Source: an uncultured Bacteriovoracaceae bacterium (GTDB lineage: Bacteria > Bdellovibrionota > Bacteriovoracia > Bacteriovoracales > Bacteriovoracaceae). Taken from it: DNA of 64,000 nucleotides. The DNA is taken from contig CAXGUD010000015.1 of NCBI GenBank assembly GCA_964012805.1, positions 1 to 64,000 on the forward strand, read 5' to 3'. The notes under the pieces are model-generated. The model was not told the DNA's origin. It worked only from the letters and a program-made list of their open reading frames with translations, and ran no database searches. This document shows, piece after piece, positions 38,258-47,461 of this stretch; positions within the stretch are counted from its first letter, which is position 1; the number at the start of each line of letters is the position of its first letter. Made by a program: the position numbers and the translations under genes.

Positions 38258-39175
38258 ATGCAGCTTCACAAAATAATAGTAATTCTTAGCTTTCTTTTCC
38301 TGGGTTTATTTCTAAAAAGTCTAATTCAACGGGAGACATTAAAAACAAAAACTTCTTTAATCCTCAATAACATTATTATTTACATTTGCCTGCCCGCACT
38401 TATTTTTAAAATAATACCTACTCTTGAAGTTAAAGAGGATTCCTGGGTTTATCCACTCTCTCATTGGTTTTCCCTTTTAGTCTTAGCAGTTTTGACGTAC
38501 ATCGTTTCAAAGGCCTGCAAACTAGAAAGAAAAACAATAGGTTGTCTTCTTATACTCGTCCCCCTTGGAAATACTTCATTTTTGGGTTACCCGATGGTTG
38601 AAGTTTTCTTTGGAAGTAAGGCACTTCCCTACGCTATTTTATATGACCAAATGGGCTCTTTTCTCGCTCTGGCACTTTATTCTCCACTTATTTTGTTTAT
38701 CTATGGCCAAGAAAAAAGTCCTTCCTTAGTTAAGCTCGTAAAAAAAATCGGTGGCTTCCTTCCCCTTTTGGCCCTTTTAGCTTCCATACTCTTTAAGGAT
38801 TTTTTTTTAAAAGAGAGAATTCAAAAAATAGTTTCACTCCTATCATATGGGGTCATTCCTCTCGCAATGACAGCTTTAGGCCTTCAATTAAAAAAACCTT
38901 CAAAAGGTTTAGGAATTCCTTTAATTATAGGTCTGTCTTTTAAAATGATTCTTTCGCCTATTATAACTTTTTTCTTTTTTAAAATATTAGGAGGATTTAA
39001 TACTCCTGAAAAAGTTGTCATTTTTCAATCGGCCATGCCTCCTATGATTACAGCAGGGATTTTGGCAAGTGAAAAGGGCCTTCAAAAAAGCTTGTGCTTA
39101 AACCTAATTTCTGTCGGACTTCTTTTTTCCTTTATTGTCCTTCCCGTCTGCTACTGTCTGTTACAGCTATTCTAA
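38258..39175 (+). CDS. AEC (auxin efflux carrier) family transporter
   Basis: IYICLPALIF, GNTSFLGYP, YDQMGSF, PLAMTALG, KMILSP and QSAMPP; about 10 TM segments. Confidence 0.9.
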   Translation: MQLHKIIVILSFLFLGLFLKSLIQRETLKTKTSLILNNIIIYICLPALIFKIIPTLEVKEDSWVYPLSHWFSLLVLAVLTYIVSKACKLERKTIGCLLILVPLGNTSFLGYPMVEVFFGSKALPYAILYDQMGSFLALALYSPLILFIYGQEKSPSLVKLVKKIGGFLPLLALLASILFKDFFLKERIQKIVSLLSYGVIPLAMTALGLQLKKPSKGLGIPLIIGLSFKMILSPIITFFFFKILGGFNTPEKVVIFQSAMPPMITAGILASEKGLQKSLCLNLISVGLLFSFIVLPVCYCLLQLF

Positions 39176-39241
39176 AGGACATCAGTCTTTATAAAATTGG
39201 TAAGTCAATTTCTTGAGAGTTATCTTAGAAGACCTTGTCCC

Positions 39242-41287
39242 CTATGAAGAGGACAAGGTTTTATTAAATATTTTAAGAATAAAAGTATATTGAAGGCTTA
39301 TTTCTTTAAGGGCCTCATACCGCCCGCTGGCCCCAGCGTGTCCTCCGTCTAAGTTCGTATACAATAGGCTATCTCTGTCATCTGTACGAAGCTTTCTTAA
39401 ACGTGAAACGAATTTCATTGGCTCCCAATATGTCACTCGTGGGTCATTTAGGCCTGCCGTCAAAAGGACGTGAGGATAACTTCTTTTTTTAATATTGTCA
39501 TAGGGTGAGTAAGACTTAATATAGTCATAGTATTCTTTATCTTCAGGATTCCCCCACTCTTCATATTCCATTTGTGTTAAAGGCAAACTTTTATCAAGCA
39601 TGGTTGTTACTACATCCACAAATGGAACATCTCCTATAACTCCTTTATAAAGCTCAGGGCAAAGATTCATAGTTGCACATACGAGAAGCCCTCCAGCACT
39701 TCCTCCACTCAAACAAATTTCTCCTTTCTTTGTCATACCCTTCTCTATCAGGCACTCTGCAGCTGCTTGGAAATCGTAAAAGGAGTTCTTTTTATTGAAG
39801 AATTTACCATCGAGGTACCAAGGCCTTCCCAAGGTTGCACTTCCTCTTACATGAGCGATAGCATAAACGAAACCTCTTTCAACTAACGGAAGAATTTCAT
39901 CGTCAAAAGAAGGATCAATATTTACACCATAAGCACCATAACCATAAAGAACTAGCGGACTTGGCCCATTATTTCCCTTCTTTTTTAAAATGGAAATAGG
40001 TATGACCTTTCCATCGTAAGATTTGGCCCAAAGCCTTTGGCACTCAAACTGATCTGAATTAAATTGGGGTATTTTTTTTACTTTTAAAACATTCGTTTTC
40101 TTCGTGTTGATTTCATACTCTAGCGTTTGAGGCACTGTTTTTAAAGAAGAGTATTTATAGCGCACAGTCTGAGCCGCCCATTCATAATTCTCAGAAAGGT
40201 GAGCACTATAGACCTCATCAGGAAATTCAAGGGAATGAAAAAGCTCTCCATTATAGCGGTAAAAATTAATTTGATTTAAGCCTTTCACTTTTGCTTCAAT
40301 AACAAAAAAATCTTTAAAAAAAGTTCCTTCATCAAGAAAACAATCATCACTTGAATTGATCAACTCCTTTACGTTCTTTAAACTGGTATCGCCTACTGCG
40401 AAAGAAATCAGACGAAAGTTAGGGTGGGTATCATTAATGAGCATATAGAATTGGCCATCTTTATGCTCAGGAAAATATTCAACACCTCTTTTTTTAGGAA
40501 GGATGACTTGAGGTTCTTTTAGAATGTCATCGGAAGGTACATACATTGTTTCATTTGTTACTGAACCATAGGAAGATAAGAAGAGATAATTTTGGTCACT
40601 ACTTGTCTCTACGCCAGCAAAATATTCTGCATTTTCAACTTCATAAATTTTCCGCGGTTCTTCCTCTTTGCTCTGTCCCAAACTATACTGCATAACTGCA
40701 TAAGGCCTTTGGCTATCATCTAGTATTGTATAAAGGACCGTCTTATTATCTTTATACCAAGATAGACCAGTATAAGCATTTTCAAGACTATCTTGAAGGA
40801 GTTCACCTGTTTTTAGATTTTTAAAAAAGAAAGTATAAACTTCTGACCCATCTGTATCGCAAGAATAGGCCATCAAATCATCATTGGGGGAAACTTCCAA
40901 ACTTCCAAGAGAAAAATACTCCTTTCCTTCGGCCAATTCATTTTCATCTAAAATGATGATTTCATCTCCATCTTTTCCCTTTTTTCTACAATGAATGGCA
41001 TACTCTTTATTTTGTTCAAAACGTACGTAATAGTAATAAACACCATCTTTAGCTGGAACACTCGACTCATTGGGTATTTTTCTTCCTTTCAGCTCTCGAT
41101 AAAGCTCTTCTTTCACTTTAGAATCCAAAGCCTTAGAGACAAAGTCATTTTCCTTTTTAAGATGCTCCATAACATCTTTATCTTCCGGGTGGTTTTTCAT
41201 CCAAAAAAATTCATCAACCCTTTTATCACCATGAATCTCTAACTTTTCTTCTATTTCTTTGGCCTTTGGTCCTTTCATATTTGACAC
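39242..41287 (-). CDS. ptrB: Oligopeptidase B (S9A)
   Basis: HGDKRVDEFFWM, YGYGAYG, AHVRG, catalytic GGSAGG, VPFVDV, EWGNP, NDPRV and GGHAG. Confidence 0.93.
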   Translation of the reverse strand: MSNMKGPKAKEIEEKLEIHGDKRVDEFFWMKNHPEDKDVMEHLKKENDFVSKALDSKVKEELYRELKGRKIPNESSVPAKDGVYYYYVRFEQNKEYAIHCRKKGKDGDEIIILDENELAEGKEYFSLGSLEVSPNDDLMAYSCDTDGSEVYTFFFKNLKTGELLQDSLENAYTGLSWYKDNKTVLYTILDDSQRPYAVMQYSLGQSKEEEPRKIYEVENAEYFAGVETSSDQNYLFLSSYGSVTNETMYVPSDDILKEPQVILPKKRGVEYFPEHKDGQFYMLINDTHPNFRLISFAVGDTSLKNVKELINSSDDCFLDEGTFFKDFFVIEAKVKGLNQINFYRYNGELFHSLEFPDEVYSAHLSENYEWAAQTVRYKYSSLKTVPQTLEYEINTKKTNVLKVKKIPQFNSDQFECQRLWAKSYDGKVIPISILKKKGNNGPSPLVLYGYGAYGVNIDPSFDDEILPLVERGFVYAIAHVRGSATLGRPWYLDGKFFNKKNSFYDFQAAAECLIEKGMTKKGEICLSGGSAGGLLVCATMNLCPELYKGVIGDVPFVDVVTTMLDKSLPLTQMEYEEWGNPEDKEYYDYIKSYSPYDNIKKRSYPHVLLTAGLNDPRVTYWEPMKFVSRLRKLRTDDRDSLLYTNLDGGHAGASGRYEALKEISLQYTFILKIFNKTLSSS

Positions 41288-41289
41288 CT

Positions 41290-41607
41290 TTAAATTCCTG
41301 GAAAGGAGTTTACATATTTTATTTTTATATCTGGAAAAGAATTCACGAATTTAACAGTGAAATCTGGAAAACTTTCAACAAAAACCCACTCTCCACAGCT
41401 ATTAGCAAAAGAGTTAACTTTTTTTACCTTGAGGTCCGGAAAAGAGTTGACCTCTTCCACTAAAATATCAGGAAAAGAGTTAACAACCTTTACCTTTCCA
41501 AACAGTGGAATCCCCTTCCAGGTACAACCACTATCGACTTCCGCCTTTACGGTTATGCAAAAACTAACACATAAAAGAATAAGAGGGACCCACAAACTTC
41601 TTTTCAT
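41290..41607 (-). CDS. Small secreted repeat protein with six V(N/E)SF(P/A)x repeats
   Basis: Signal peptide, then 3 repeats, CGEW, then 3 repeats; ATG at 41607 has an AAGGAG RBS. Confidence 0.85.
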   Translation of the reverse strand: MKRSLWVPLILLCVSFCITVKAEVDSGCTWKGIPLFGKVKVVNSFPDILVEEVNSFPDLKVKKVNSFANSCGEWVFVESFPDFTVKFVNSFPDIKIKYVNSFPGI

Positions 41608-41671
41608 CGGATGCTCCTTATGATTCAAAGAGTGAACCGTAACACAAGTTTAAGAGAAAGAGGAGACCCTT

Positions 41672-42967
41672 ATGGATGTCATCGAAAATGGACTCCCCGG
41701 GTTATTAGGAGACGGAGAGGAAGTAGACCAGTCAAAGCCGAATATAGGAGAAAATCTAGGACCGTTGGCACATAGAATGAGACCTCGAAAGCTTGAAGAC
41801 TTTGAAGGGTCCACTAACTTAATCGCGAAATACCCGATTCTAAAAGGAAACCCCTTACATAGTCTAATCCTATGGGGACCACCTGGTTGTGGAAAAACCA
41901 CACTGGCGGAGGTACTTGCCTTAGAAAAAGAAATTCCTTTTTTCAAATTTAACGCAGTCCTAGGAGGGTTGGCCGAGCTTAGAAAGGTCATTGAAAAAGG
42001 TAAAAAGGCTTCTCTTGAAGGGAATTCACCCTGGATTCTCTTTATTGACGAAATTCACCGTTTTAATAAGGCCCAGCAAGATGCCCTCCTCCCTTTTGTT
42101 GAAACGGGTTCATTTATACTAGTAGGTGCCACCACTGAAAGTCCTTATACGGCCATAAATAAAGCTCTTTTAAGCCGAGTTCAAACGATAAAACTACCAA
42201 AACTTTCAGAAGACTCTATATTATCTCTTCTGGAAAAGGCCTTAAAAAAAGAAGGAAGAAAAGCATCTCAAAAAATTCTTCAGGCTTTTTCACATCTGTG
42301 TGATGGCGATAGCAGAAAAGCGCTCAGTTACCTTGAAAATGCTTTTCACTCGCCTATCATTAACAAGGAAAGCCCTACCAAAAAGGAAATCCAAACACTT
42401 ACTCTAGGGGCACACAGAACCTTTGATCGGGATGGAGATAGACATTATGATGTCATTTCAGCTTTTATTAAAAGTATGCGTGGCTCAGACCCTCACTCTG
42501 CGACTCTTTGGCTCGCGGTAATGATTGAAGGAGGAGAAGATCCTCAATTTATTGCTAGAAGGCTTGTTATTTTCGCTTCCGAAGATATTGGAAATGCAGA
42601 CCCAAGGGCCCTTACTTTGGCGACAAGTTGCCTCCAAGCAGTCCAATCAATAGGAATGCCTGAATCAAGGATTATCCTATCACAAACAACAAATTATCTA
42701 GCTTCGACAGTAAAAAGTAATGCTTCTTACAAAGCAATTAATGATGCTATTGAATTTGTTAAAGAAAGGCCTACAATTGAAGTCCCACCACACCTTAAAA
42801 ATAAAGGTCCTCAAAAAAAAGAGTATAAATACCCTCATAATTACCCTGAAGGACACATCCCGCAGGAATACTCTTCACATAATACACCTCTTTTCTATAA
42901 ACCTTTTCCAAGAGGGCAAGAAGCCTTCCTTCTAGAAAGGCTTAAAAAGCTAGGTCTTTTAAAATGA
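41672..42967 (+). CDS. rarA: Replication-associated recombination protein A (MgsA/RarA)
   Basis: PLAHRMRP, LWGPPGCGKTT, FIDEIHRFNKAQQD, GATTE, ISAFIKSMRGSD, ASEDIGNADP and YKYPHNY. Confidence 0.95.
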   Translation: MDVIENGLPGLLGDGEEVDQSKPNIGENLGPLAHRMRPRKLEDFEGSTNLIAKYPILKGNPLHSLILWGPPGCGKTTLAEVLALEKEIPFFKFNAVLGGLAELRKVIEKGKKASLEGNSPWILFIDEIHRFNKAQQDALLPFVETGSFILVGATTESPYTAINKALLSRVQTIKLPKLSEDSILSLLEKALKKEGRKASQKILQAFSHLCDGDSRKALSYLENAFHSPIINKESPTKKEIQTLTLGAHRTFDRDGDRHYDVISAFIKSMRGSDPHSATLWLAVMIEGGEDPQFIARRLVIFASEDIGNADPRALTLATSCLQAVQSIGMPESRIILSQTTNYLASTVKSNASYKAINDAIEFVKERPTIEVPPHLKNKGPQKKEYKYPHNYPEGHIPQEYSSHNTPLFYKPFPRGQEAFLLERLKKLGLLK

Positions 42968-42984
42968 GATTTATTTAGGGAATA

Positions 42985-43344
42985 CTAGGTCAGAAGGGTC
43001 TCTATAACTTTGAGAAACCGAAGCTCTGAGATAGGCTTAACGAGCCAGAATGAAACTCCACACTCCTTACCTTGCTTTTTTAATTGAGGATCAAATTCAG
43101 TTGTACACATCATTATAGGAGGGCACTCATAACCGAGTCCTTCTTCTTTTATTTTTTTAAGCATTGAAAGTCCATCAAGGCGAGGCATGTTAAGGTCTGT
43201 AATGACAAGATCAACTTTGTTTTCTCTTAATTTTTCAAGTCCCTCTTGACCGTCCACTGCAGAAGTCACTTCATACTCATCTGAAAGAAGGTTTTCTAGC
43301 TTTCTTCTGAAGTCCTGGCTATCCTCGATTATCATGACCTTCAT
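42985..43344 (-). CDS. Single-domain CheY-like response regulator
   Basis: IIED, TDLNMPRLDG (phospho-Asp), TTE and VKP; AGGAG RBS. Confidence 0.9.
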   Translation of the reverse strand: MKVMIIEDSQDFRRKLENLLSDEYEVTSAVDGQEGLEKLRENKVDLVITDLNMPRLDGLSMLKKIKEEGLGYECPPIMMCTTEFDPQLKKQGKECGVSFWLVKPISELRFLKVIETLLT

Positions 43345-43435
43345 AATTCATCACTCCTTAAATACCAGACAAGAAACAGTTTCTATGCCCTATAGTGAAT
43401 TGTGCATCATAAATTTCTAAACACCCTTACAAATT

Positions 43436-43463
43436 CCATCGGTCTTTCTTTTAAAAAGGTTTA
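43436..43463 (-). promoter_or_regulatory. Sigma28-like promoter
   Basis: TAAA-N16-ACCGATGG; resembles the site upstream of the paralogous receiver at 55229. Confidence 0.4.
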
Positions 43464-43529
43464 AATTTATTAAAAACAGGATATTAGGCACCTAATCTTA
43501 AGATAAAAGACAAAAAATAATGGAAAAAA

Positions 43530-45344
43530 TTAAGGACTAAATCTATTCAATTTTTTTTCTTTATCAATAAAATAAAGAATTGAATCTTTCTCATTTTGAA
43601 GTTCATTGAGTAGAGCTTCGTATTGAGTAATAACAGTAAGAGGCTTTGTTTTTTTAGTTGGAGTAAGAAAGCCACTCTCTTCTGTGAATGGAGGAACAAA
43701 AAGAAACTTTTTGGGAATTGGGAAAAATTTCTCACTCTCAAGCTCTTTAATAATAAAGGCACACTCTTTGTACAAATTAATGAGATAGGAAGGGTTTTCA
43801 ACGTGCTCTTGATAATCCTGAGACTCTTCTCCCAAGGTTATAATCCCTATTGGGATGGGACTATTTAAGATATGAACAACGACTTGTTGAATATGATTTG
43901 ACTTATCAAGAATTGTCTCCGCTATGGATTCAATATTATAAAAACGACCATCCGCTGCTTTAAGAAAGTTTTTAGACCTTCCCTTTAAAAACAGGTAACC
44001 ATCTTCATCAAATACGCCTCTATCGCCTGTCTTAAACCAACCTTTTTCATCAAAGTTATCTTGCTTCCCAAAGTTAAGATAACCATCAAAAACATTATTA
44101 CCTTTTACCCATATATCTCCAATTCCATTTTCATCACTTTTTCTGATCTCAATCTCATTGCAAGCAGCTTTTTTTCCGCAAGAACCTCTTTTACCTACTC
44201 TATCGAAAGTTAACGTGCAGGTCGTCTCACTCATTCCATAAGCTTCTACAATTTTTATTCCAAATGTATGAAGAAAAATATCATAAGTTTTGCCATTGAG
44301 AGCAGCTCCTCCAGAAAGAATATTTTTTAGACGAGAAAAACCAAGCTTCTTTTTAATCGCTTTTGAAAGGATTGGTTTTATAAAAAGTTTATTTTTCCAA
44401 GTGGGCGACGTTAGGTCTTTTTCCTTAAAGAATCCCCCAAGCATTTTAGTAAGTTTTTCTTCAACTCCATGGGCCAATGTTTGAAAAAGAAGGGGTACCC
44501 CAAACATATAAGTTGGTTGAATTTTAGGTAAATCCTCTAAAAAGGTATCTTTTGTCGTGATATAGCCTTGAAAAAGCCCCATGTAGGAGAGAGCAAAAAT
44601 TGAAGTTTGAAATATATGGGCATTTGGTAAAAAAAAGGGGCAAATCTGCCTTTCTGTAACACCACCAAACATATTTTTAAGGAACCCATAACCAGAATAT
44701 ATAGAATTTTTGTTTGTTATGGGAACGCCTTTTGGTGTTCCTGTGGAACCCGAGGTATAGACGACTTTGAAAACATCATTTTGTTCTTTTTCAATATCAG
44801 GTATAGGAATATTAGGGATAACTGATTCATCCATCGGTAAATCAAGGGGTTCGACGGAAGAAAATCCATGGTCCCCTTTTACTTCGGTTCCTTCTATTAA
44901 AAAGACTCTTTTAAAAGATTTCTTAATATCTGAAGGTAAAGTGGAAGCTTTTTTTAAACCTTCCTGATTAAGGATCAATATATCAACATTAGAATCAATG
45001 ATCTTAAAAGAAATATGTTCAATACTGTCATTTTTATAAAAGCCTGTCGTATATTTTTTATTCATCCAACAACCCATATCAACACCCATAATATCAATGT
45101 GGTTGTCACTTATGTATGCAACATTATGTCCTTCAAGCTTTTTATGAATAAGAGAGAAAAAGTACCCTTTACTTAGTACATCCGAAGCACGATAATTCCT
45201 ATTATAATCCCCATTATCATCTCTCATTTTTACAATTATAGGATTATTTTGTTCTTTATAAGTTTTTAATAGAATTCCAAGAAGACTTCCTCCCTCTAAA
45301 ACCTTTTGGTAGATACCCTCCAATTTTCCAAATAACTCTCTCAT
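43530..45344 (-). CDS. Long-chain acyl-CoA synthetase (AMP-binding, FadD15/ACSBG-like)
   Basis: YTSGSTGTPKGV, FLPNAHIF, SGGA, EAYGMSET, FKTGDRG, GRSK and LTPTKK. Confidence 0.88.
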   Translation of the reverse strand: MRELFGKLEGIYQKVLEGGSLLGILLKTYKEQNNPIIVKMRDDNGDYNRNYRASDVLSKGYFFSLIHKKLEGHNVAYISDNHIDIMGVDMGCWMNKKYTTGFYKNDSIEHISFKIIDSNVDILILNQEGLKKASTLPSDIKKSFKRVFLIEGTEVKGDHGFSSVEPLDLPMDESVIPNIPIPDIEKEQNDVFKVVYTSGSTGTPKGVPITNKNSIYSGYGFLKNMFGGVTERQICPFFLPNAHIFQTSIFALSYMGLFQGYITTKDTFLEDLPKIQPTYMFGVPLLFQTLAHGVEEKLTKMLGGFFKEKDLTSPTWKNKLFIKPILSKAIKKKLGFSRLKNILSGGAALNGKTYDIFLHTFGIKIVEAYGMSETTCTLTFDRVGKRGSCGKKAACNEIEIRKSDENGIGDIWVKGNNVFDGYLNFGKQDNFDEKGWFKTGDRGVFDEDGYLFLKGRSKNFLKAADGRFYNIESIAETILDKSNHIQQVVVHILNSPIPIGIITLGEESQDYQEHVENPSYLINLYKECAFIIKELESEKFFPIPKKFLFVPPFTEESGFLTPTKKTKPLTVITQYEALLNELQNEKDSILYFIDKEKKLNRFSP

Positions 45345-45502
45345 CCTTTCACCCTTAATTTTCTGATAATTAATGTCTAGGTTATCACTAAAAAGGGAAA
45401 TTTTTTTGAAAAACCCAAAAGTTTCAATTCTTTTGACATAATATCTAAGCTAAAAAAAAATGATTTTAGATATTTCAAACATTATTTCAAAAGGAGGCTA
45501 AA

Positions 45503-47383
45503 ATGATCGGCCAAAAACTGTTTGCTAAACAAACCTTTAAAAAGGCCAAGTTTTTTTTACTTGTTGCCCTTTTAATTCCTCAACTCCTTTTTGCAAGAAC
45601 AACCCAGTATGACAAAATGGTTGGTGTTAATTCACCATGGAGGTTTTTAAAAAACTATACGATAAAGTTTGAAGAACTTCCTACTGAAGGATCCCTTGCT
45701 GATAAACCATGGAGTGGTGATTATTGGGCGGACTTTTTGGGTGGTACCACATATAGATGGTATCCTCTTCCAAAAAGCAAGCAGGACAAAAGAAACCCAA
45801 AAAGATTTGGTTATAAACACCCCACCCCTGAAGAAATAAAAAAAATGGACCTACGAATTCTTTCACCAGCTGAAAAATATGATCTTTTTATGGGAGACTT
45901 AAATTGGACAATAACAAAACAAGAAAGGGAAAGAACTGGTGTTTTAAAAACGATTAAAGGCAGCCCTAATTATGATCCTTCTTTTAAAATTGAAGGTTGG
46001 TGGGGTCTTTGTCATGCTTGGGCGCCAGCAACTATTTTATATAAAAACCCGGCCCCAATTACCTTAAAGAACCCTCAGGGAATTAAAGTTCCATTTGGCG
46101 CATCGGATATAAAAGCCCTCCTTTCCCTCCATATGCATACAGTTCCAGAAAGATCTTCTGAGTACACTTTCCTGGGCGACAGGTGCTTCACAGATTTAAA
46201 GTCAATTTTCGGAAAATGGGCAAATTTTTGGAACACTCATTCACCAGGAGCAGATGAAAAAACCCTAAAAGAGTTAAGAAAAAAGGCCAAAGAAGGCTTA
46301 GATAATGAACTTAAAGGCTTAAAAGAGTGTAATGATATGAATCCCGGTGCCTTCCATGTAGCACTCGGAAATAGCATAGGACACAATAAAGATGGTTTCG
46401 TAATGGATAAAGATAGAGGTGCTGAAACGTGGAATCAGGGTGTCTATGGCTATAAAGTAAAAATCCTAAAAACGAGAAATGAAAAGGTCAAAGACAAACC
46501 TTTTACGGTTCACTCAATTGAAAACACCGTTACCTGGGTTACTGAAATTGGTCATAGCTGGAAAAAAGTTAAAGGTGGTATTGGCCTTACAACAACCAAA
46601 TATATTTATGACCTCTACTTGGATGAAAATGGTAATATCAAAGGTGGAAAATGGCTAACACAAGACTTAATGGATCGTCCTGACATTATTTGGATGAGAA
46701 GACCTAGGCCAAAATTTGAAAGAGGGCTTAAGGGTCTTACCAGTATCTACAAAGCATCTGAAAAGGAGTCATCAAAACGTTATACAAAAGATGAGTTAAA
46801 ATCTTTATTTAGAAAGTCCGCAAAGAAAATAATGATGGCCAATCGATTTGTGAAAAACTCCAAAGAACTTGTCAAAATGAGAAAGGAAATGAGAGTGAGC
46901 TATTATGAAAGGCTCAAGAAAACTGTTGTAGGAAGTTTCTTTAGTCAAATGAAAGAGCGCGATAATAGAGACAAGAGAATTTTGGAATCTTTAAGGCCTA
47001 AATTAGAGAGAGCGAGGAAAAGAATTGCTAGAGAAAATGATTTAAAAGATAAAAAACATGATAAAAACAAACCATGTCTTTACAGTCTTGTTAATTGGAA
47101 AGGGAAACTTAGGAAGGAGTTTTTAGAAAAGAAAAACGGGGCCAATAACTGTAAAAAAGCAAGGTCCAAATGTGAGAAAAATAAGCGCCATAGATGGGAA
47201 AATTGCTACTATGGAAAAGCGACCGACCACTATAAACCTTGCACTTTCGAACTTTTAAGTAAAAAAGGTAAGTCTCTCGGAAAGTTTACAGAGAACGGAG
47301 CTTATGGAGAATTTAATTGCAAAGTTTCAAAGTTAAGATGCTCAGTCAGGAAGTTATTTGTTCGAAAATGCGTAAAAAGATGA
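45503..47383 (+). CDS. Secreted transglutaminase-elicitor (GP42-like) protein with basic coiled coil and Cys-rich C-terminal repeats
   Basis: PWSGDYW, LSPAEKYD, WWGLCHAWAPA (catalytic Cys-His), DIKALL, NPGAFH, TWNQGVYGYKV and RPDIIW. Confidence 0.82.
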   Translation: MIGQKLFAKQTFKKAKFFLLVALLIPQLLFARTTQYDKMVGVNSPWRFLKNYTIKFEELPTEGSLADKPWSGDYWADFLGGTTYRWYPLPKSKQDKRNPKRFGYKHPTPEEIKKMDLRILSPAEKYDLFMGDLNWTITKQERERTGVLKTIKGSPNYDPSFKIEGWWGLCHAWAPATILYKNPAPITLKNPQGIKVPFGASDIKALLSLHMHTVPERSSEYTFLGDRCFTDLKSIFGKWANFWNTHSPGADEKTLKELRKKAKEGLDNELKGLKECNDMNPGAFHVALGNSIGHNKDGFVMDKDRGAETWNQGVYGYKVKILKTRNEKVKDKPFTVHSIENTVTWVTEIGHSWKKVKGGIGLTTTKYIYDLYLDENGNIKGGKWLTQDLMDRPDIIWMRRPRPKFERGLKGLTSIYKASEKESSKRYTKDELKSLFRKSAKKIMMANRFVKNSKELVKMRKEMRVSYYERLKKTVVGSFFSQMKERDNRDKRILESLRPKLERARKRIARENDLKDKKHDKNKPCLYSLVNWKGKLRKEFLEKKNGANNCKKARSKCEKNKRHRWENCYYGKATDHYKPCTFELLSKKGKSLGKFTENGAYGEFNCKVSKLRCSVRKLFVRKCVKR

Positions 47384-47410
47384 GAACTTTTTAATAAGAT
47401 TTTTGTAAAA

Positions 47411-47437
47411 AAAAAGGGCCTTTAAAAGGCCCTTTTT
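47411..47437. terminator. Bidirectional intrinsic terminator
   Basis: aaaaagggccttt-a-aaaggcccttttt perfect inverted repeat between convergent genes. Confidence 0.85.
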
Positions 47438-47461
47438 CCCGCTAGGCTTGAAAATTTTTGA

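Noticed and set aside
41290..41500. Regularly spaced DNA repeats (aaaagagtt...) as a CRISPR array
   Set aside because: The 33-nt period and degeneracy are explained by the VNSFPD protein repeat; there are no unique spacers and no cas genes.
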